Shown here: in pieces, positions 24,795 to 38,898 of the stretch
How positions within the stretch are numbered: position 1 is the first letter of the stretch
Layout: each line of letters opens with the position of its first letter
Origin: Balanoglossus misakiensis
Lineage: Eukaryota; Animalia; Hemichordata
Direction: 5' to 3'
Assembly: GCA_040954595.2 (NCBI GenBank)
Contig: CM082585.2
Coordinates: forward strand, 448,814 to 512,813
DNA length: 64,000 nucleotides
The notes under the pieces: generated by a model
Databases searched by the model: none
What the model saw: the letters and a program-made list of their open reading frames with translations, nothing else
What the model was told of the DNA's origin: nothing
Position numbers and translations under genes: made by a program

Positions 24795-26664
24795 ATTCAC
24801 AGTGTTTTTTATTGGGCTGGCTGACCATGCAATTCAATACATTCTCAAAAATGCAAAGGAGAATGTTGCGACACAGTTGAGAGAAGTTGATGTACTCATA
24901 ATTGATGAATTTTATGGAAAGTGCTCGTCTGTTCAGTGTCATTGCTATATTAAGTAAAGTGGGCAGAGAAGGCAAGCAATCGTTTGGTGGTATCCAAGTG
25001 ATTGCAATTGGAGACTTCCATCAATTACCACCAGTACCAAGCCACGTGGATGATGGAGAATACCCATTCCAGTCCCCATTATGGGAAACAACCTTCAGAC
25101 ACATCATTGTCCTCAAAACTATCTATAGACAGCAACACAATCAGCAAGAGTTCCTCCCAGCTTTGAATGGTGTCCGCCTCGGTCAATGCAGTCCTCGTAC
25201 ATTGGATTTCCTCAACACCTTGAAGCGGCCTCTGCTGAACCCAGAAAACCAAACCCACATCTACTTTCATAATGCAGATGTGAACCTCCACAACATGTGT
25301 CAGCTTGATAAGTTAACAGGACAATGCCATGTTTTCCAGGCAGTTGATAAAGGGGACGTGCATCAAGTGGAAAGGCGTGCCATTGCACCAAACAAGCTCT
25401 TACTAAAGGTTGGTGCTCTTGTGATGCTGGTATACATTCTCAGTGACAGCCTTCACAATGGAAGCACTGGCATTTTCAAAGGAATAGATGAAAATGGAAA
25501 TCCTGTTGTAGCATTTGAGGATAGCCTGATATAGGTGTCTGTACATCGTCAAACGTGGACTTTTAAAACGACCAGGGAGTTGGGATTGGAAGGCGCTGCC
25601 AAATCCATTTGAAGCTGTGCTGGGCAATGATAGCACATAAATGTCAGGGACAAACGATCAAGAATGTTGCCATACACGCAGGCAACGAATTTGTTCCAGG
25701 GCAATTATATGTATCACTTTCACGGGCAAAATCAAAAGATACAGTTCTCTTGTTTAGTTTTACCCCACAGAGGATGCTTCCAGTCAACAGTCTAGTATCT
25801 TCTTTCTATGAAATACTATGCATTCAGGGTCAAGAAACGCCAGAAGATATTGCCTGTTGCAGCAAAGACGTAGAGTGTGACATGGTATGCAGTGAAGATA
25901 TCCAGATGATAATAAATGATGATGGAGAGGCATATGTACAATCAACATATGACACGGATGATAGTGACAAGACTACCATAGATTTGAGGGACATTTATGG
26001 ATAAAAGCCACAGAGAGCTAGAAGAACTCCCACATGACTCCAGTGCAGACACATTCCTACATGAACTTAAAGATGTTTCTCCATTTGCTGAAGTGGAAGA
26101 TTCACTGTCCGGGCGTTTGAACTGTCTGATTGACAAATTAGAAGATATGCCAGAGCTGTTTATTTTATTTCTAAAGATACAATGGCTGAAGATATTTTGT
26201 ACTACAAAGAAAGGAATTGAAGAAAATGAAGAAGTAAAGCTTATACTAGCAGATTTCAAGAACATGCATGGCTGGCTTACTGCACGATATCTGCAACGAA
26301 CACAGCTTATCGAAGAGGGTGCATCCCTTTTTGGTATCCCTATCAACAGTATGAAAGATGAATACTTCACCTTACTAACTAACATTGTAGATTAATGATC
26401 TCGCAGATGCACTGTCTTATTTCCCGTGCAGAAAAAAGAAGTCTTGAGGCGACGCAAAATATCGTACATATAGAAGAAATCGGGGGTGATGGCAGAGGAA
26501 AAATACGCTACTTGGCTGGGTGGACACTTCGTAAAGAAATTGAAAGCATTTCAAAATACATAAAAAACTATCTGTACTCTACTGATAAGAAAGTCAATAA
26601 ACGGTTGAAATTGGAGTACCAGACAAAGAATCTCTGGACTTTCTTACAGTTCCAGATACACTGA
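24795..26664 (+). pseudogene. PIF1-family helicase C-terminal part (right-arm copy)
   Basis: ORFs 24902..25534, 25609..26004, 25997..26395, 26395..26664 with SF1B motifs II-VI; same frameshifts as the left copy. Confidence 0.92.
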
Positions 26665-27827
26665 TACACAGTTGTGTACTAATATTACCAAGTTTTTTGA
26701 CATGCTGGTGTAAAATTTGTGTTATTCAGACATCATCGACATTTGGTTGGAAATGTAAATACGTAAAAAAAAATCAGAAAATTTTAGATTTTCTCACAAA
26801 TGGGAAACTTTGAAACATACATACATGTAGATGAAAGATATAATCTTATCGATTACGTTAATCTTTCATCCTAGAAAGTTAGATGTTAATTTGTTTATAT
26901 GTTAATCATGTGTGTTATATATAACCGAAAATAATAGTATTTTATCTTTTCACCATGTGTCGTAAACTGGAATTGTTCATAAATAACTGTATAAGTACAA
27001 TTCGGGAAATATGATGGTAAAAGAGAAGGTTTCGCGGTTTGTAGAATATTAATCTGTATAAACGGACGAATGAAATGTATCATCAGGTTGTTTAGTGGCA
27101 AACCATGTCGTCAGCTGTCGATGTCGAATACAACATTCGGTACCCAATCAAAATCACACAGTCGCCAGTCCTAGCTGAAGTTCGATTTAGGTCAAAATAA
27201 CGTCAAATAACAAAATATATTTATTCGAAATGGATTAGACTTTTACTTGGCTGCCTTAGCCATAGGTTCTTTGGGTTTGGATTACTACAACAAAGTGTTA
27301 AAGTTTCATAATTTGTCACGTAACAAGATTTGCTGTTCTTTTTTTTTCTCAAAAGAGTTGTCACGATACATACTCTGCAGCATATTCTAGTGTATATAAG
27401 TAAAATACGAAACCTCTGTCAGAATATATCCAGTATAGAACATTTGCTGTTGTCACAAAGTGTCTATAGTGTTGTGTGTTGTCTTGTGTGTCCAGTGTTG
27501 TTTTTGTGTGGTGGTTAAAGGTTAGTTAGGATTTGCTGCACGTCTACTTGTCTGAGGTGGTTAGACAGTTAGTTACACATCTTAGCATCGAACGGCTTTG
27601 ACAAAATGAACTCTGCTATGACACAACACCAGTGTGAATAACTGCGCATGGACAATTCACCAGCCCTGGATTACATAATCTCTGCACTGACTTGGTCTGC
27701 ATGAATAATTCGGAGGTGATAATTCGGGGAGAAACTAAAACAATAGACAGTGGAGAACAGTGGACAATCATTCTGAATAAATTATTGTAGAAAATATGTA
27801 CAGCAATGCGCCTGGAAGGTGGTATAA

Positions 27828-28622
27828 GGCTGCATTCACAAACACCTCTGGAGGGGGGGGGGGCAGGAGAATTGAGGGGGGGGGATTTGAAAAAATTGAG
27901 GGTATGTAAGGGGGGGATTTGAAATAATTTAGGGACTGAAAGGGGGGGACTTGAAAACTTTAACGACTAAATATTTATTTTGAGTCCACAAAAATGCAGT
28001 TTCGTGCCCTTTATTTTACAAAATTTTCTGGGAGGGGGACACCCCCTCCCACACCCACCCCCTCAATTCACCAACACCTTTCAATCATTGACTGGTTTAT
28101 CTAGTGTCCCAGGTCAGGGGACTTGCCCCCACCCCATGATAACTTTGAGCAGCGACGGTTTAATTTGTCCTCCCCAACATACCGGTAGTTGAGTTAATTT
28201 GCTTTTGCCGGGTTCATTAAAATGCAGCTTTGAGCTCTGTATTTTAAAAAATTTTCTTACGTGGGAGTGGGACACCAAACCCACCCCCTTCAATTCTCGG
28301 TTTACAATGTCTCCCTACACAGAACACAAATATATGTACTTAAAAAATTAAAACAATGTTCAGTTTTAATACCCACTGATGAGGGGAAACATCACTTTCA
28401 AATTCTTTTCATGCGAGCGCTGTTATTCTTTTTACAAGATAGATAGGTGATGTGTTTTGCTCTGTGAAAGAAAATGGGGGGGGGGGGATTTCAAAATTTT
28501 GGCAGTTCGGAAGGGGGGGATTTGAAAATATTGGCAGTTCGGAAGGGGGCATGTGAAAATTAGCGGTAAAAAAAAAATGAATTCTCCCCCGCCCCCCTCC
28601 AGAGGTGTTTGTGAATGCAGCC
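27828..28622. mobile_element. PIF/Harbinger-type MITE (mirror of 15910-16708)
   Basis: Same TIR, TAA TSD. Confidence 0.88.
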
Positions 28623-28799
28623 TAAAAGGCTGCGTGCCCGAGAAGTTGCCCTAAGTGTACACGGTCAAAGCAAAGGAAGCCTTGTTTCACATTGCAGGCA
28701 GAGGATTTACAAAGGTGTGAAAGACTATTTGTCCACATCAAGATAAGCCTTCGACTGAACTTCGAAAAGCTGAAAAAACTCGACTGAGTTGGGTTAGGG

Positions 28800-29547
28800 G
28801 TCTTTTGGGATCCATATTGGAAAATGTCCGCCATGGGTCAATGAATAATTGTACCAAATTTCATGCTTTTAACCCAAAGTGCACAATTTTTAAGTATGAA
28901 TGTCTGTTTCTGGCCACTAGAGGGCGCTGTCATTTTGGATCCATATCAGAAAATGGCCGCCATGGGTCAATGCATAAGTGTACCAAGTTTTATGCTTTTA
29001 ACCCAAAGTGCACAATTATGCCAAAATGTGGGGTTAAGCTCCTGCACTATATGGCAGCAAGCATGTTTTACAACCAACATTCCTGTCTCTGAGTGTTAAT
29101 CTTGCCCAAAAAGTGTCATTAATGGGGGGAAAAGTGTAAATGTCAGTTTCTAGCCACTAGAGGGCGCTGTCTTTTGGGATCCATATTGGAAAATGTCCGC
29201 CATGGGTCAATGAATAATTGTACCAAATTTCATGCTTTTAACCCAAAGTGCACAATTTTTAAGTATGAATGTCAGTGTCTAGCCACTAGAGGGCGCTGTC
29301 TTTTGAGATCCATATTGGAAAATGTCCGCCATGGGTCAATGAATAATTGTACCAAATTTCATGCTTTTAACCCAAAGTGCACAATTTTTAAGTATGAATG
29401 TCTGTTTCTGGCCACTAGAGGGCGCTGTCCTTTTGGATCCATATCAGAAAATGGCCGCCATGGGTCAATGCATAAGTGTACCAAGTTTTATGCTTTTAAC
29501 CCAAAGTGCACAATTATGCCAAAATGTGGGGTTAAGCTCCTGCACTA
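28800..29547. mobile_element. Two tandem 'R' termini of the Academ-like element (28800-29049 and 29050-29547)
   Basis: CCTGCACTA ends at 29049 and 29547. The first abuts TIR-internal sequence tatggcagcaagcatg; the second abuts TTT of the LINE. Confidence 0.88.
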
Positions 29548-32520
29548 TTTGATGAATTTTCTGTCATTGCCCTCAGTGAAACATGGCTAGACCCAGGTGT
29601 TGATGCATCATTATATAACCTCCCTTCGTACAACTTTGTTCATAAATGTAGAGCTGTTTCCAGAGGAGGAGGTGTTGGTCTCTATTTACACGAGTCGTTA
29701 TCATACTATACCTATAATAGACTTAGTTGTTCTCCAACATTGCGAATGTCTCTTGTTGAAATCCTACTTGAAAAAGCAAGGTCATCATAGGTGTCATATA
29801 TCGCAGACCAAATACACCTACTCAGGATTTTTTAACCAGTTTATCAGATTGTCTTGATAATCTACGCATTACCTACAAAAATGCATTTTATAAGGGGATT
29901 TCAATATAAATATAGATGGCGATAACACTGTCTTTAATGAATATATCGCTACTCTCAGTGGTAATAATTTTTATCAAATCATGGACGTACCGAACAGGAC
30001 AACTACTCACACCTCCACATTAATAGATCATTGCCATGTAAATTTTCGTAACCAGTTCATTGAAAGTGGGACAGTACAAACTGATATAAGTGACCATTAT
30101 CCCATCTTTGCCATCTTTAAGGATTTACGTCATGTGTTCACTGTTGAAACAATTGATTTCAAGTGTGATTTTTCTTCATTTGATCCAGTTTCATATAAAA
30201 ATGACTTTGCAAATATTTCTTGGCAGGATGTTTACGACTCTAATGATCCGAATGTTGCCTATAATACTGTCTACAATTGTTTCATGATATGGCAACAAGA
30301 CACATGCCAGTCGAACGGTGTTCAAACCAGCGTAAGCGCTTACGGAAACCATGGATCAAAAATGACTTCTGGTCTCAATTAAAAACAAGCATAATATGTT
30401 CTCCAAAACAAAACGCCATTCTACAAGCTCATCTATTCATCAAGAGTACAAACTTTATCGCAACCTGTTAACAAAACTTATGCGACGAGCAAAAAAGAAG
30501 TATTTTTGTGATAAATTGCAACTGTCTGTAGCCTCTGGGAAGGACCACAAAAATGGCAAGTCATCAATGAAATCTTGAACAAAAATTCAAAGGTTAATGC
30601 TCCACAAAAAAATAAAAGATGACGAAAACCCTGGGAATTTTGTTACTAAAAATATTGATATAGTTGACGCTTTTAATTTTTTTTGTCAACATTGGACAAA
30701 ATCTAGCATCACAAATACATTGTAGCGCTAATTTCAATGATTACCTTGGTATTCGTCATTTTAATTCTTTCTTTTTCCATCCTGTGCATTCTGGTGATAT
30801 ACTCAGAGAAATTAAATTATTAGACCATTGTAAAGCTGCTGGTTTTGATGAAATATATCCAAAAGGAAGGAAGCAGCGGGTTATATTACAGAACCATTTG
30901 CTCATATTGTTAATATTTCTTTGTCACAGGGTATTTTTCCAGAGAAACTGAAAATGGCACTGAGTAACACCAATTTTTAAAAAGGGTTGTGTTCATGAAA
31001 TAGGAAATTACAGACCTATCTCTGTCTTGCCAACCTTATTAGTAAGCTGTACGAGTCTATTGTAAATAAGCAACTGTGTTCTTTTTTGAAAACAATTGAT
31101 ATTCTCACTAACAGCCAATATGGATTTCATAAGAAAGATAGTACTAAGTTAGCTTTAGCAGATCTCACAACAAAAATATCAAAGCACATTGATAACGGTC
31201 TTGTTGCATTTGGTATCTTTATTGATTTTAAAAAGGCATTTGATACAATTAACCACACAACTTTGTTAGCTGAGCTATGCCACCATGGGATTAGGGGATC
31301 CACACTTAATTGGTTTAAGACTTATATATAAGACCGACAGCAGTATGTCAAGGTCAATAATTGTACTTCAAAAGCAAAAAGGATCTCCTGTGGGATTCCA
31401 CAGGGATCAATTCTAGGTCCACTTCTTTTTGTAGTATATATAAATGATATCAGCAGATCCTCAGACTATTATCAATTCAGGTTATTTGCTGACGATACCA
31501 ATTTATTTTGTTCAGATAAGCAGGACAAAATCGATCTTGCCACTCTGAATGTTGAGCTAACTAAAGTACAGAACTGGTGTAAGTCAAATAAACTTACTAT
31601 TAATATTGACAAAACAAACTATGTTATTTTCAAAACAGCCCAGGCGAAGTTTAAGCCTGAAGGGGATTTATATGTCTCTGATTTACGAATACAAAATGTT
31701 TCATCTGCTGTTTATCTTGGAGTTACTCTTGACTCATCATTATCCTGGAAGTCTCACATCAACATTATTTTTAAGAAGGTTCGCCAAAAATCGGTATTAT
31801 TTCATATGTACGCCATTATCTCCCTAAGTCTATAATTTTATTATTATACAATTGTCTTATCCTTCCCCATATAATGTATTGTATCGAAATATGGGGAAAT
31901 GCATATAAAACCTATTTAGATTGTATTTTCAAATTGCAAAAGTGACTTGTAAGACTTATAACATTTTCTAGCCCCAATACACATAGTGCACCACTTTTTC
32001 AGCAACTTGGAATTCTTAATGTTTACAAACTCTGTAAATTTCAAACTTGTGTTTTTGCGTATGATCTAAAGGCAGGCATTATGCCCCCTCACTAGATCGC
32101 TATGCTTCATTTGTGTCACACAAATATTCTACAAGATTTGCCTCCACTGATAAGTTTATGCTTCCCAAAGTAAAACTTACTTCATCTCAAAATAATTTAT
32201 ACTATTCTATTGCCAAGCATTGGAATGAAATTCCTACACAAATAAAATCAATTCATTCAAGGAATTTATTTAAAAGCTCTCTGAAAATGTATCTATTGAG
32301 CATAGATTAATTTAACCTCTGTTATAAACCTGTTTATTTTGTCACCGCGTTGTTTGACTACCAACTATTGTTCTGTGATATGAAATGGCAATTATATTAA
32401 TTGTTTCAATGATTTGTATGTATTTAGGGACACGACTAGTTCCACTAAAACTACTTCCCTGGTCCGCACCAGTTATGTCAAATGCATCTTCCTGGTGAAA
32501 TAAACATCTATTTATCTATC
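29548..32520 (+). mobile_element. CR1/L2-group LINE ORF2 pseudogene (right-arm copy, lacks the RTE-X insert)
   Basis: FDEFSVIALSETWL ... GIFIDFKKAFDTINH ... GIPQGSILGPLLF ... LFADDT; AATAAA at ~32499. Confidence 0.92.
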
Positions 32521-32698
32521 TTTGGACTTTTCTGGCAGATCATCATGTATGCTGCAAGCTGCATCAGTAGGACACACAATCTGTACATTTTTTGGGAGTA
32601 TTGATGAAGATATTGCGACCAAGCAGTGCCAACTCCACACACTGTTGTTGTGCCTTTCACACGCTACAAGGCAAAGTTTTGAAAATCATTAGTTTTCT
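32521..32698 (-). pseudogene. PIF1 N-terminal part (mirror of 11955-12132)
   Basis: Reverse complement of the VQIVCPTDAAC-containing segment. Confidence 0.65.
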
Positions 32699-34045
32699 CA
32701 AAAAGAACAGATAAATGTCATCTGTACAAAACTTCCAGAAATCTCTCCAAAAATCTCTCAAGTGAACTCTGCACATTTTTTCTAAAGTTTTATTTTGGAA
32801 TTATTAAAATTACTTCAAGAATTTAAGTAATACCATTCAGATGTATGGAGATGCCTGGGAATTTATGTTCAGAAATGGTATTTAAGATATTTAAAAGTTT
32901 GAACTCCATTTGAAGCTGATATCTAACAGAAAATATTAACAACAAATGATAGAGAAGGCAACAATTTCACAACGGTCTTTGCAAATTTGATAAATAGCTA
33001 AAAACATAAATCTATTAATGGTTATACACAGTAATCATTTTGAACACACAGAGTCAAATTCACTACAAACTTTCAGTCTCCAGGGTAATATAATGACATC
33101 AATTTCAATAACATTGAAGTTTCATTAAATGCTTAAAATGCTTTAAAATTGTTCAATATGGCATGCACCATGCACAAACTTATGAGACTGATCAATGAAA
33201 ATTAATTTTTTGCATAATATAATGAAAATGATAAAATCTGTCGTCAAATCCATGGGAAACTCAACTCAAAAAGTACATCACTGTCAATCTATATTATCTA
33301 TATATTATTGATCCGCCTCTAAGGAAAAATGTTTAAAAAGTTTCATGCAAATATACTACTACTGAACATGTAGACTGAGACTTATAAAAACTTCAAAAAA
33401 CACTGGTAATTGAACAAGTGTATGTTAACAAAATTATGTGTTTAAAGGCACATAAACTGTAAATTTCAAATGATTTAATCATGTAGGTGAGATCATACAT
33501 CACTTATAAATGCATTTATAAATTAAAAAAACAACAACAAAAAAACAGGTGGGTATCCCACTCAAATATGACTGCATTAATACTTGTATGCAAAAAGGAG
33601 TCATGTAATGTGGCACCACACTAATGTGCACACCCACAAACACATTTGACATGGAAATAATTTATTTTTACAATCTTGATAAAACAATTTGATGTCAACC
33701 AATGAACGGGACACATGTAATTTAATGTTTTCTCTGTACTTTGTAACATGACTTGCACATTTTTGAAAATGGCAGGAAATTCACAATGGAATATAGATGA
33801 CTTAACTTTTCTGGCGTTTCTGAAACCAATATATTTTTTGCCACATTTAACGGCAACAACATTATCGTGAGTTGGAAATCAAAAAATAATTGGGAATTTA
33901 AGAGAATATATTTGAAAGACAACATATTTCAGAGCTAGAGGTGATGGACCTTTATTAACACATTGATTAAATTTGAAAATACAAAGTACCAAAATTCAGG
34001 ATTTCGTATGAAAAAATGAAAATGTAATTAATTGAACATTTTTAA

Positions 34046-34485
34046 ACCCCGGTGCGGGGTATAAAAGACCCCCCAAATCAGTGGCGAATCTTAATGCCGT
34101 TTGACTGACAACAGACAACACCAACGATCTTGGCTCTATGAAAATCGGCCCAAACAGGTCCAAGAATAAAGAATTACACCACACAACGACAGTAGTTGGC
34201 TTTATAAACACACACAACATAAAGTTATCGACGAAAAAGTACACGAGCTTTTGAAACAACGATGATTTTGGGAGAAATCTGGTTTCAGTGCTTTTCAGAA
34301 GCGTCCCTGGGAAACAATAACCACGCCATTCAAACAGTTGTCAATCGCGTGGAAGTGTGAAGTGTTCAATTATTTTCTGTGTACATGAGAGCAATTACAC
34401 AGTCATTATGCACGACGACCACTCCCAAATAAACAACTATACAAACACACGTTAATCCGAATCCCAGGACTTTCCGCACCGGGGT
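34046..34485. mobile_element. TTAA MITE (mirror of 10168-10607)
   Basis: TTAA|ACCCCGGTGCGG TIRs. Confidence 0.8.
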
Positions 34486-34599
34486 TTAACCAAAAATATA
34501 AAAACATTATTTTATTTATACATGTGTGGTAACTTATGTAAACTGGGCAGACTGAAGAAGATATCTGCCCTTATTGATCATACTATCTAAGTAAGTTAC

Positions 34600-35137
34600 T
34601 TAAGCAATAAGCCCCGCTGTAAGTGGGTATACGCGAGATTTGGGTACAATTCGAGACATATAGCGCGAGCTGTCAGGCGAGTCTATATGGAGCAAATTGT
34701 ACCCAAATCGAGTGCTATTATATCAACAATTGTTTTTGTGGCATATCAGTGTCATTTTCTTACCGAGACGGCGTCACAAAGAGTAATTACGATCGTGAAC
34801 GAACATGGCGACGATGAATGTAAACACGAGCGGCCGGGATCGAGCATTAAACATGAAGCAGACGACAAAAAGTGACAAGACGGGCATCGCGCGTGGCAAA
34901 GTTACAAATATTTCTACAGAGCAGTTCCAAAATAAAACGATTAATTCAACAGTATTTTTGTTTTATTTAGTTGGTTTAAACACGCGCGGCTGTGGTATAA
35001 CCGCACATTTGTGCTGCCGCATGCTAGTTCAGGGGCCCGTTTTAGCACTGCCAGCAGTGCTATATGACTATGTTAGCATCGCTGGATTGAGCTCTCGTCC
35101 AATCAGAATTGCGGACGGTAGCATGATATACATGTAA
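34600..35137. mobile_element. Non-autonomous Crypton-like element (mirror, 20 bp longer)
   Basis: ttaagcaataagcccc end plus hairpin. Confidence 0.5.
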
Positions 35138-35413
35138 TATAATTGCAGATATAATGGTCAGGGTCACAGAAAAATATGATATTCTAATCACAGGGATAGG
35201 GGAAATAGTTAAATAATATGAGGTTATCGCCCCATATCACCTCTTGTGTTGGGCCATATTTACCGCTCGTGTGGGTTGTGAGCCGCATCACACGAGTCGA
35301 AGACGAGTGTGACGCAGCTCACAACCCACACGAGCGGCAAATATGGCCCAACAAGAGGTGATATGGGGCGAAAACCGATTTATCATATGCCCAAACACAC
35401 AGACCTGTACGCA

Positions 35414-36407
35414 GAGCTATATGAACCCGCTACTTTGACGAGCTCAATCAGCGGGAAATCAAGCGTTATCTTCAGGACAACGGTTACCCGGTCTCCATCA
35501 TCCGTGGCAATGAGTTCCAGCTCTCCCGAAAATGCCTCACAGAAAAAAAGAGTTGAACAAAAAAACAGGGACGGGGAAATAAGCCACAAGCTGCCCAAGT
35601 GATTACTGATAAAGAAGAACAACTTTTGATTGAAAGAGGATTTGTCGGTCGATCGACTCCCGAAGCGTTGTTCAACGCAGTTTGGATGAACAACACCAAG
35701 ATGTTGGGCTTTCGCGGTGGCCAAGAAAATCGGGAACTGATATTGGGGGGGGGGGGGGGAAATCAAGCTCAAAAGACGGCCGACCACAAAGAATATCTCG
35801 AATTTAACGAAAGGGAGACGAAGACTGCAGATTTAGACAGGCTGGTGCGAAACCACGACCCTTCAACCCCAAAATCTTCGCCACTCCCGAGAAGCCAGAC
35901 ACATGTCCCATAGCCACATCCAAGGAGTTCGCAAATCGTCGCCCCGTTGAAATGAATACCCTAGACAGCCCCTTCTACTTGCATTGGCAATCAATTATTC
36001 GCCCTCATCAACCATATGGTTTAAGAAATCTCCAATGGGAAAGAATAAGTTGGCAACAGTCGTCCAAAGTATGAGCGAGAAAGCAGGCATCAGAGGGGGA
36101 AAAACAATCACAACATGAGAAAACAGCCATCACGAAATTGTTGCACGCCGGTATTCCACCGACCCAAGTGCAACAGTTATCGGGCCACAGTCAGCTGCAG
36201 TCGGTCAACAACTATGCCAACGCCTCGCTAAGACAGCAGGAAGAGATGTCAAACATCCTCGCTCCATGTTCATCCAAACAAGTCGAAAATTGGGCAATTT
36301 CTGGTTCCGTCAGTTCAAGCACGTATCAGATGGAAGCGGCGACAAGGGGCGGTATATTTAGCGACGCAGAGACATATGGCGGCTCGTTCAATATCTATGT
36401 TTCAAAT
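35414..36407 (+). pseudogene. Crypton DUF3504 tyrosine recombinase remnant (right-arm copy)
   Basis: ORFs 35599..35913 and 36138..36425 with GFRGGQE, ERETKT and LSGH..SVNNY; preceded by the hairpin at ~35227-35371. Confidence 0.88.
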
Positions 36408-38898
36408 AGTCCTGTTTCAAAATGACCTACATTACAGGTCCTATGCACACGTATTACATGTTCTGATTGGTTTATCCGCTTCTCTAAGGTCCACTTGCGG
36501 CTCGCTGATTGGAGGGACCTTATGTGTTAGGTCATATTACTATGTATTATTCACCAGACCTTGTAGGTTAGGTCTTATTACTATGCATTATTCACTTTAC
36601 AGCTCCCTGATTGGTTAATGTGTAGGTCTGGTCCTCCAGTGTTTACTGCCTCATTATGCAGGACCTTGTAGGTTAGGTCTTATTAATATGTATTTATTCA
36701 CCATACAGCTCCCTGATTGGTTAACGTGTCAGTCTGGTCCCCCATGTGTTCACTGCCTCATTGTGAAATGTCCCAAGTGCTTCCTGGCTACCGTTGTGGT
36801 AACACATTATTAGGGATGTCCGCAGATCGTTCATTGATTTTCTAAGAAATAGCCTGACATATATTATCTCCAACATAAACTGCACCCTGGAAAGATTAAA
36901 TGATTTTTTTAGATGGACTTTGAAAATCTGATTAACTCATCTAAGCACTTTAGCTAAGTTGTATATTTTTTTAATCACCCTCCTACTTCTCATCATCAAT
37001 TTTATTATTGTTGTTATTACTTTTTTAAAGTAAATTTGTTTTGACGAAGATGTTGATTGTGATAAGGAGCACGTTGTCCGTTTATACATTCGTATATTGT
37101 TTTAATAAAATGGAACTGTGACGGTGCAGCTTCGTGAAGGAAGTACAATAAAAGTAATCATACCTGTAAAGCAACTAATTATATATATGTGTGATTTGTT
37201 CGGATACTGTAGGCCTCCGGCCTCCTAGTAATCACAAAAGTCATACAAAGAAAAGTACAGAGGGACACTCAACTAGAAACAAGTACAATCAGTATTACAC
37301 GGTTGAAAGTTCCTCAACAGTCTCGGAACGCATCTTCATGGCATAGTAGATAAATTTTGAAATATTGCGTACAATAGTTGTGTTTTGAGACTGTTAAAGC
37401 TGGGTAAATTTTTGAAAGGAAGGATTTATGTAAAAATACCTTGGAATATATTTTGACCTTAACTCCTGATATAGAGGACACATCATACTAAAGTGGAACT
37501 CGTCTTCAATGCTTGTAGAATTACAATATACACAAATTCTTTCTGAGCGCTCGTTACGTAATTTTCTATCTGATTCGATGCGTAGTGCATGCGCAGAAAC
37601 TCTAAAACGACACATGGCTTCTCTATGTGAATCGTTATCAATACATGATAAGTAATGCTCTTGCCCAAAGGTCATTTTGAAAGTACGATAACAGTCCATT
37701 TTGGGAAACAGACGTAAATTTGAATACCAATTCTGAATATCAATGTCTCGACATCTCTGTTTAAATAAATTAATAAAGTTAACATCACAACCCACACCTT
37801 GATTAAGCCAAGCTTCGCCCATACCAAAAGAAAACAACAAGGTCTTAACATCATAGGCCCAGCATGGTTTACTCTTTTCAGCTTCCTTATATTGAAAAAT
37901 ATAGCATTTTTGCACAATACGCTGCTGTGGCATTGAAAGCAAGCGCAGCCAATATTTGATAATCCTTACAAGTCTACATGTACGAATTGTAAAACGCCCC
38001 AGCTCACCCCTAACAGCGAGAGTGGTCGCATTGCCATACAATCTCAAAATAAAACGACAGCATTTATTGTGTACTATTTCAATTTGGTCGGCCTGGTGGA
38101 AACCCCACACTTCACTTCCATACATTAAAATTGGAAGGATTTTACTATCAAAGCAATAAAGCAACGAATGAGGTATCCCAAAGAAATGCAATGCTGTGCT
38201 AAACATTTCTATTGTAAGATATTTTTGGTTTGCTCGAATGAATAGCACACACTTCGTATTCAGCCAGGTGTTACACGAAGTGATGCGCTGAAAGGCATTA
38301 CGTAAAAAAACACTAGCCCATTTCAACAAACCGCCACTGGAAATAAATGCGAAATTTCTCCTGGCAATTTTTATTTCGAGTATCTAGTTCACAATATCAC
38401 ATAAAATGCCATGAATAGTGAAGGAAAAGGTGAAATCAAATCATTATATGAGTGCCTTTCTTAATATACACTGGGATCGATCGCGAGCTTCGACCACGCG
38501 CAGGTAGCATGCCAGACAGAATGCGACAAAAGTATTCAGAAAGTACAAAAGACTTTGCATAACAAAGCAGTGAAAACTGGAGACCTACACATTAACCAAT
38601 CAGGGAGCTGAAAATTGAATAAATACATATTAATAAGACCTAACCTACAAGGTCCTGCATAATGAGGCAGTGAACACTGGAGGACCAGACCTACACATTA
38701 ACCAATCAGGGAGCTGTAAAGTGAATAATACATAGTAATAAGACCTAACCTACAAGGTCTAGTGAATAATACATAATGATAAGACCTAACACATAAGGTC
38801 CCTCCAATCAGCGTGCCGCAAGTGGACCTAAGATTACCAGATGGACCAATCACAGATGTCGGTACATGTGCCATGGACCTGACTTATGAAACAGGACT
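36408..38898. mobile_element. Long-TIR element (mirror of 5969-8266, 193 bp longer)
   Basis: aat|AGTCCTGTTTCA...TGAAACAGGACT|aat. Confidence 0.75.
37192..38170 (-). pseudogene. RTE-X-like LINE 3' fragment (mirror of 6697-7675)
   Basis: ORF 37394..38329; two amino-acid differences seen from the left copy (L8F, G/E near ERS). Confidence 0.8.

Noticed and set aside
15440-29590. Repeated ORFs MGSILENVRHGSMNNCTKF...
   Set aside because: Translations of the 129-bp (43-codon) TIR units, not genes.
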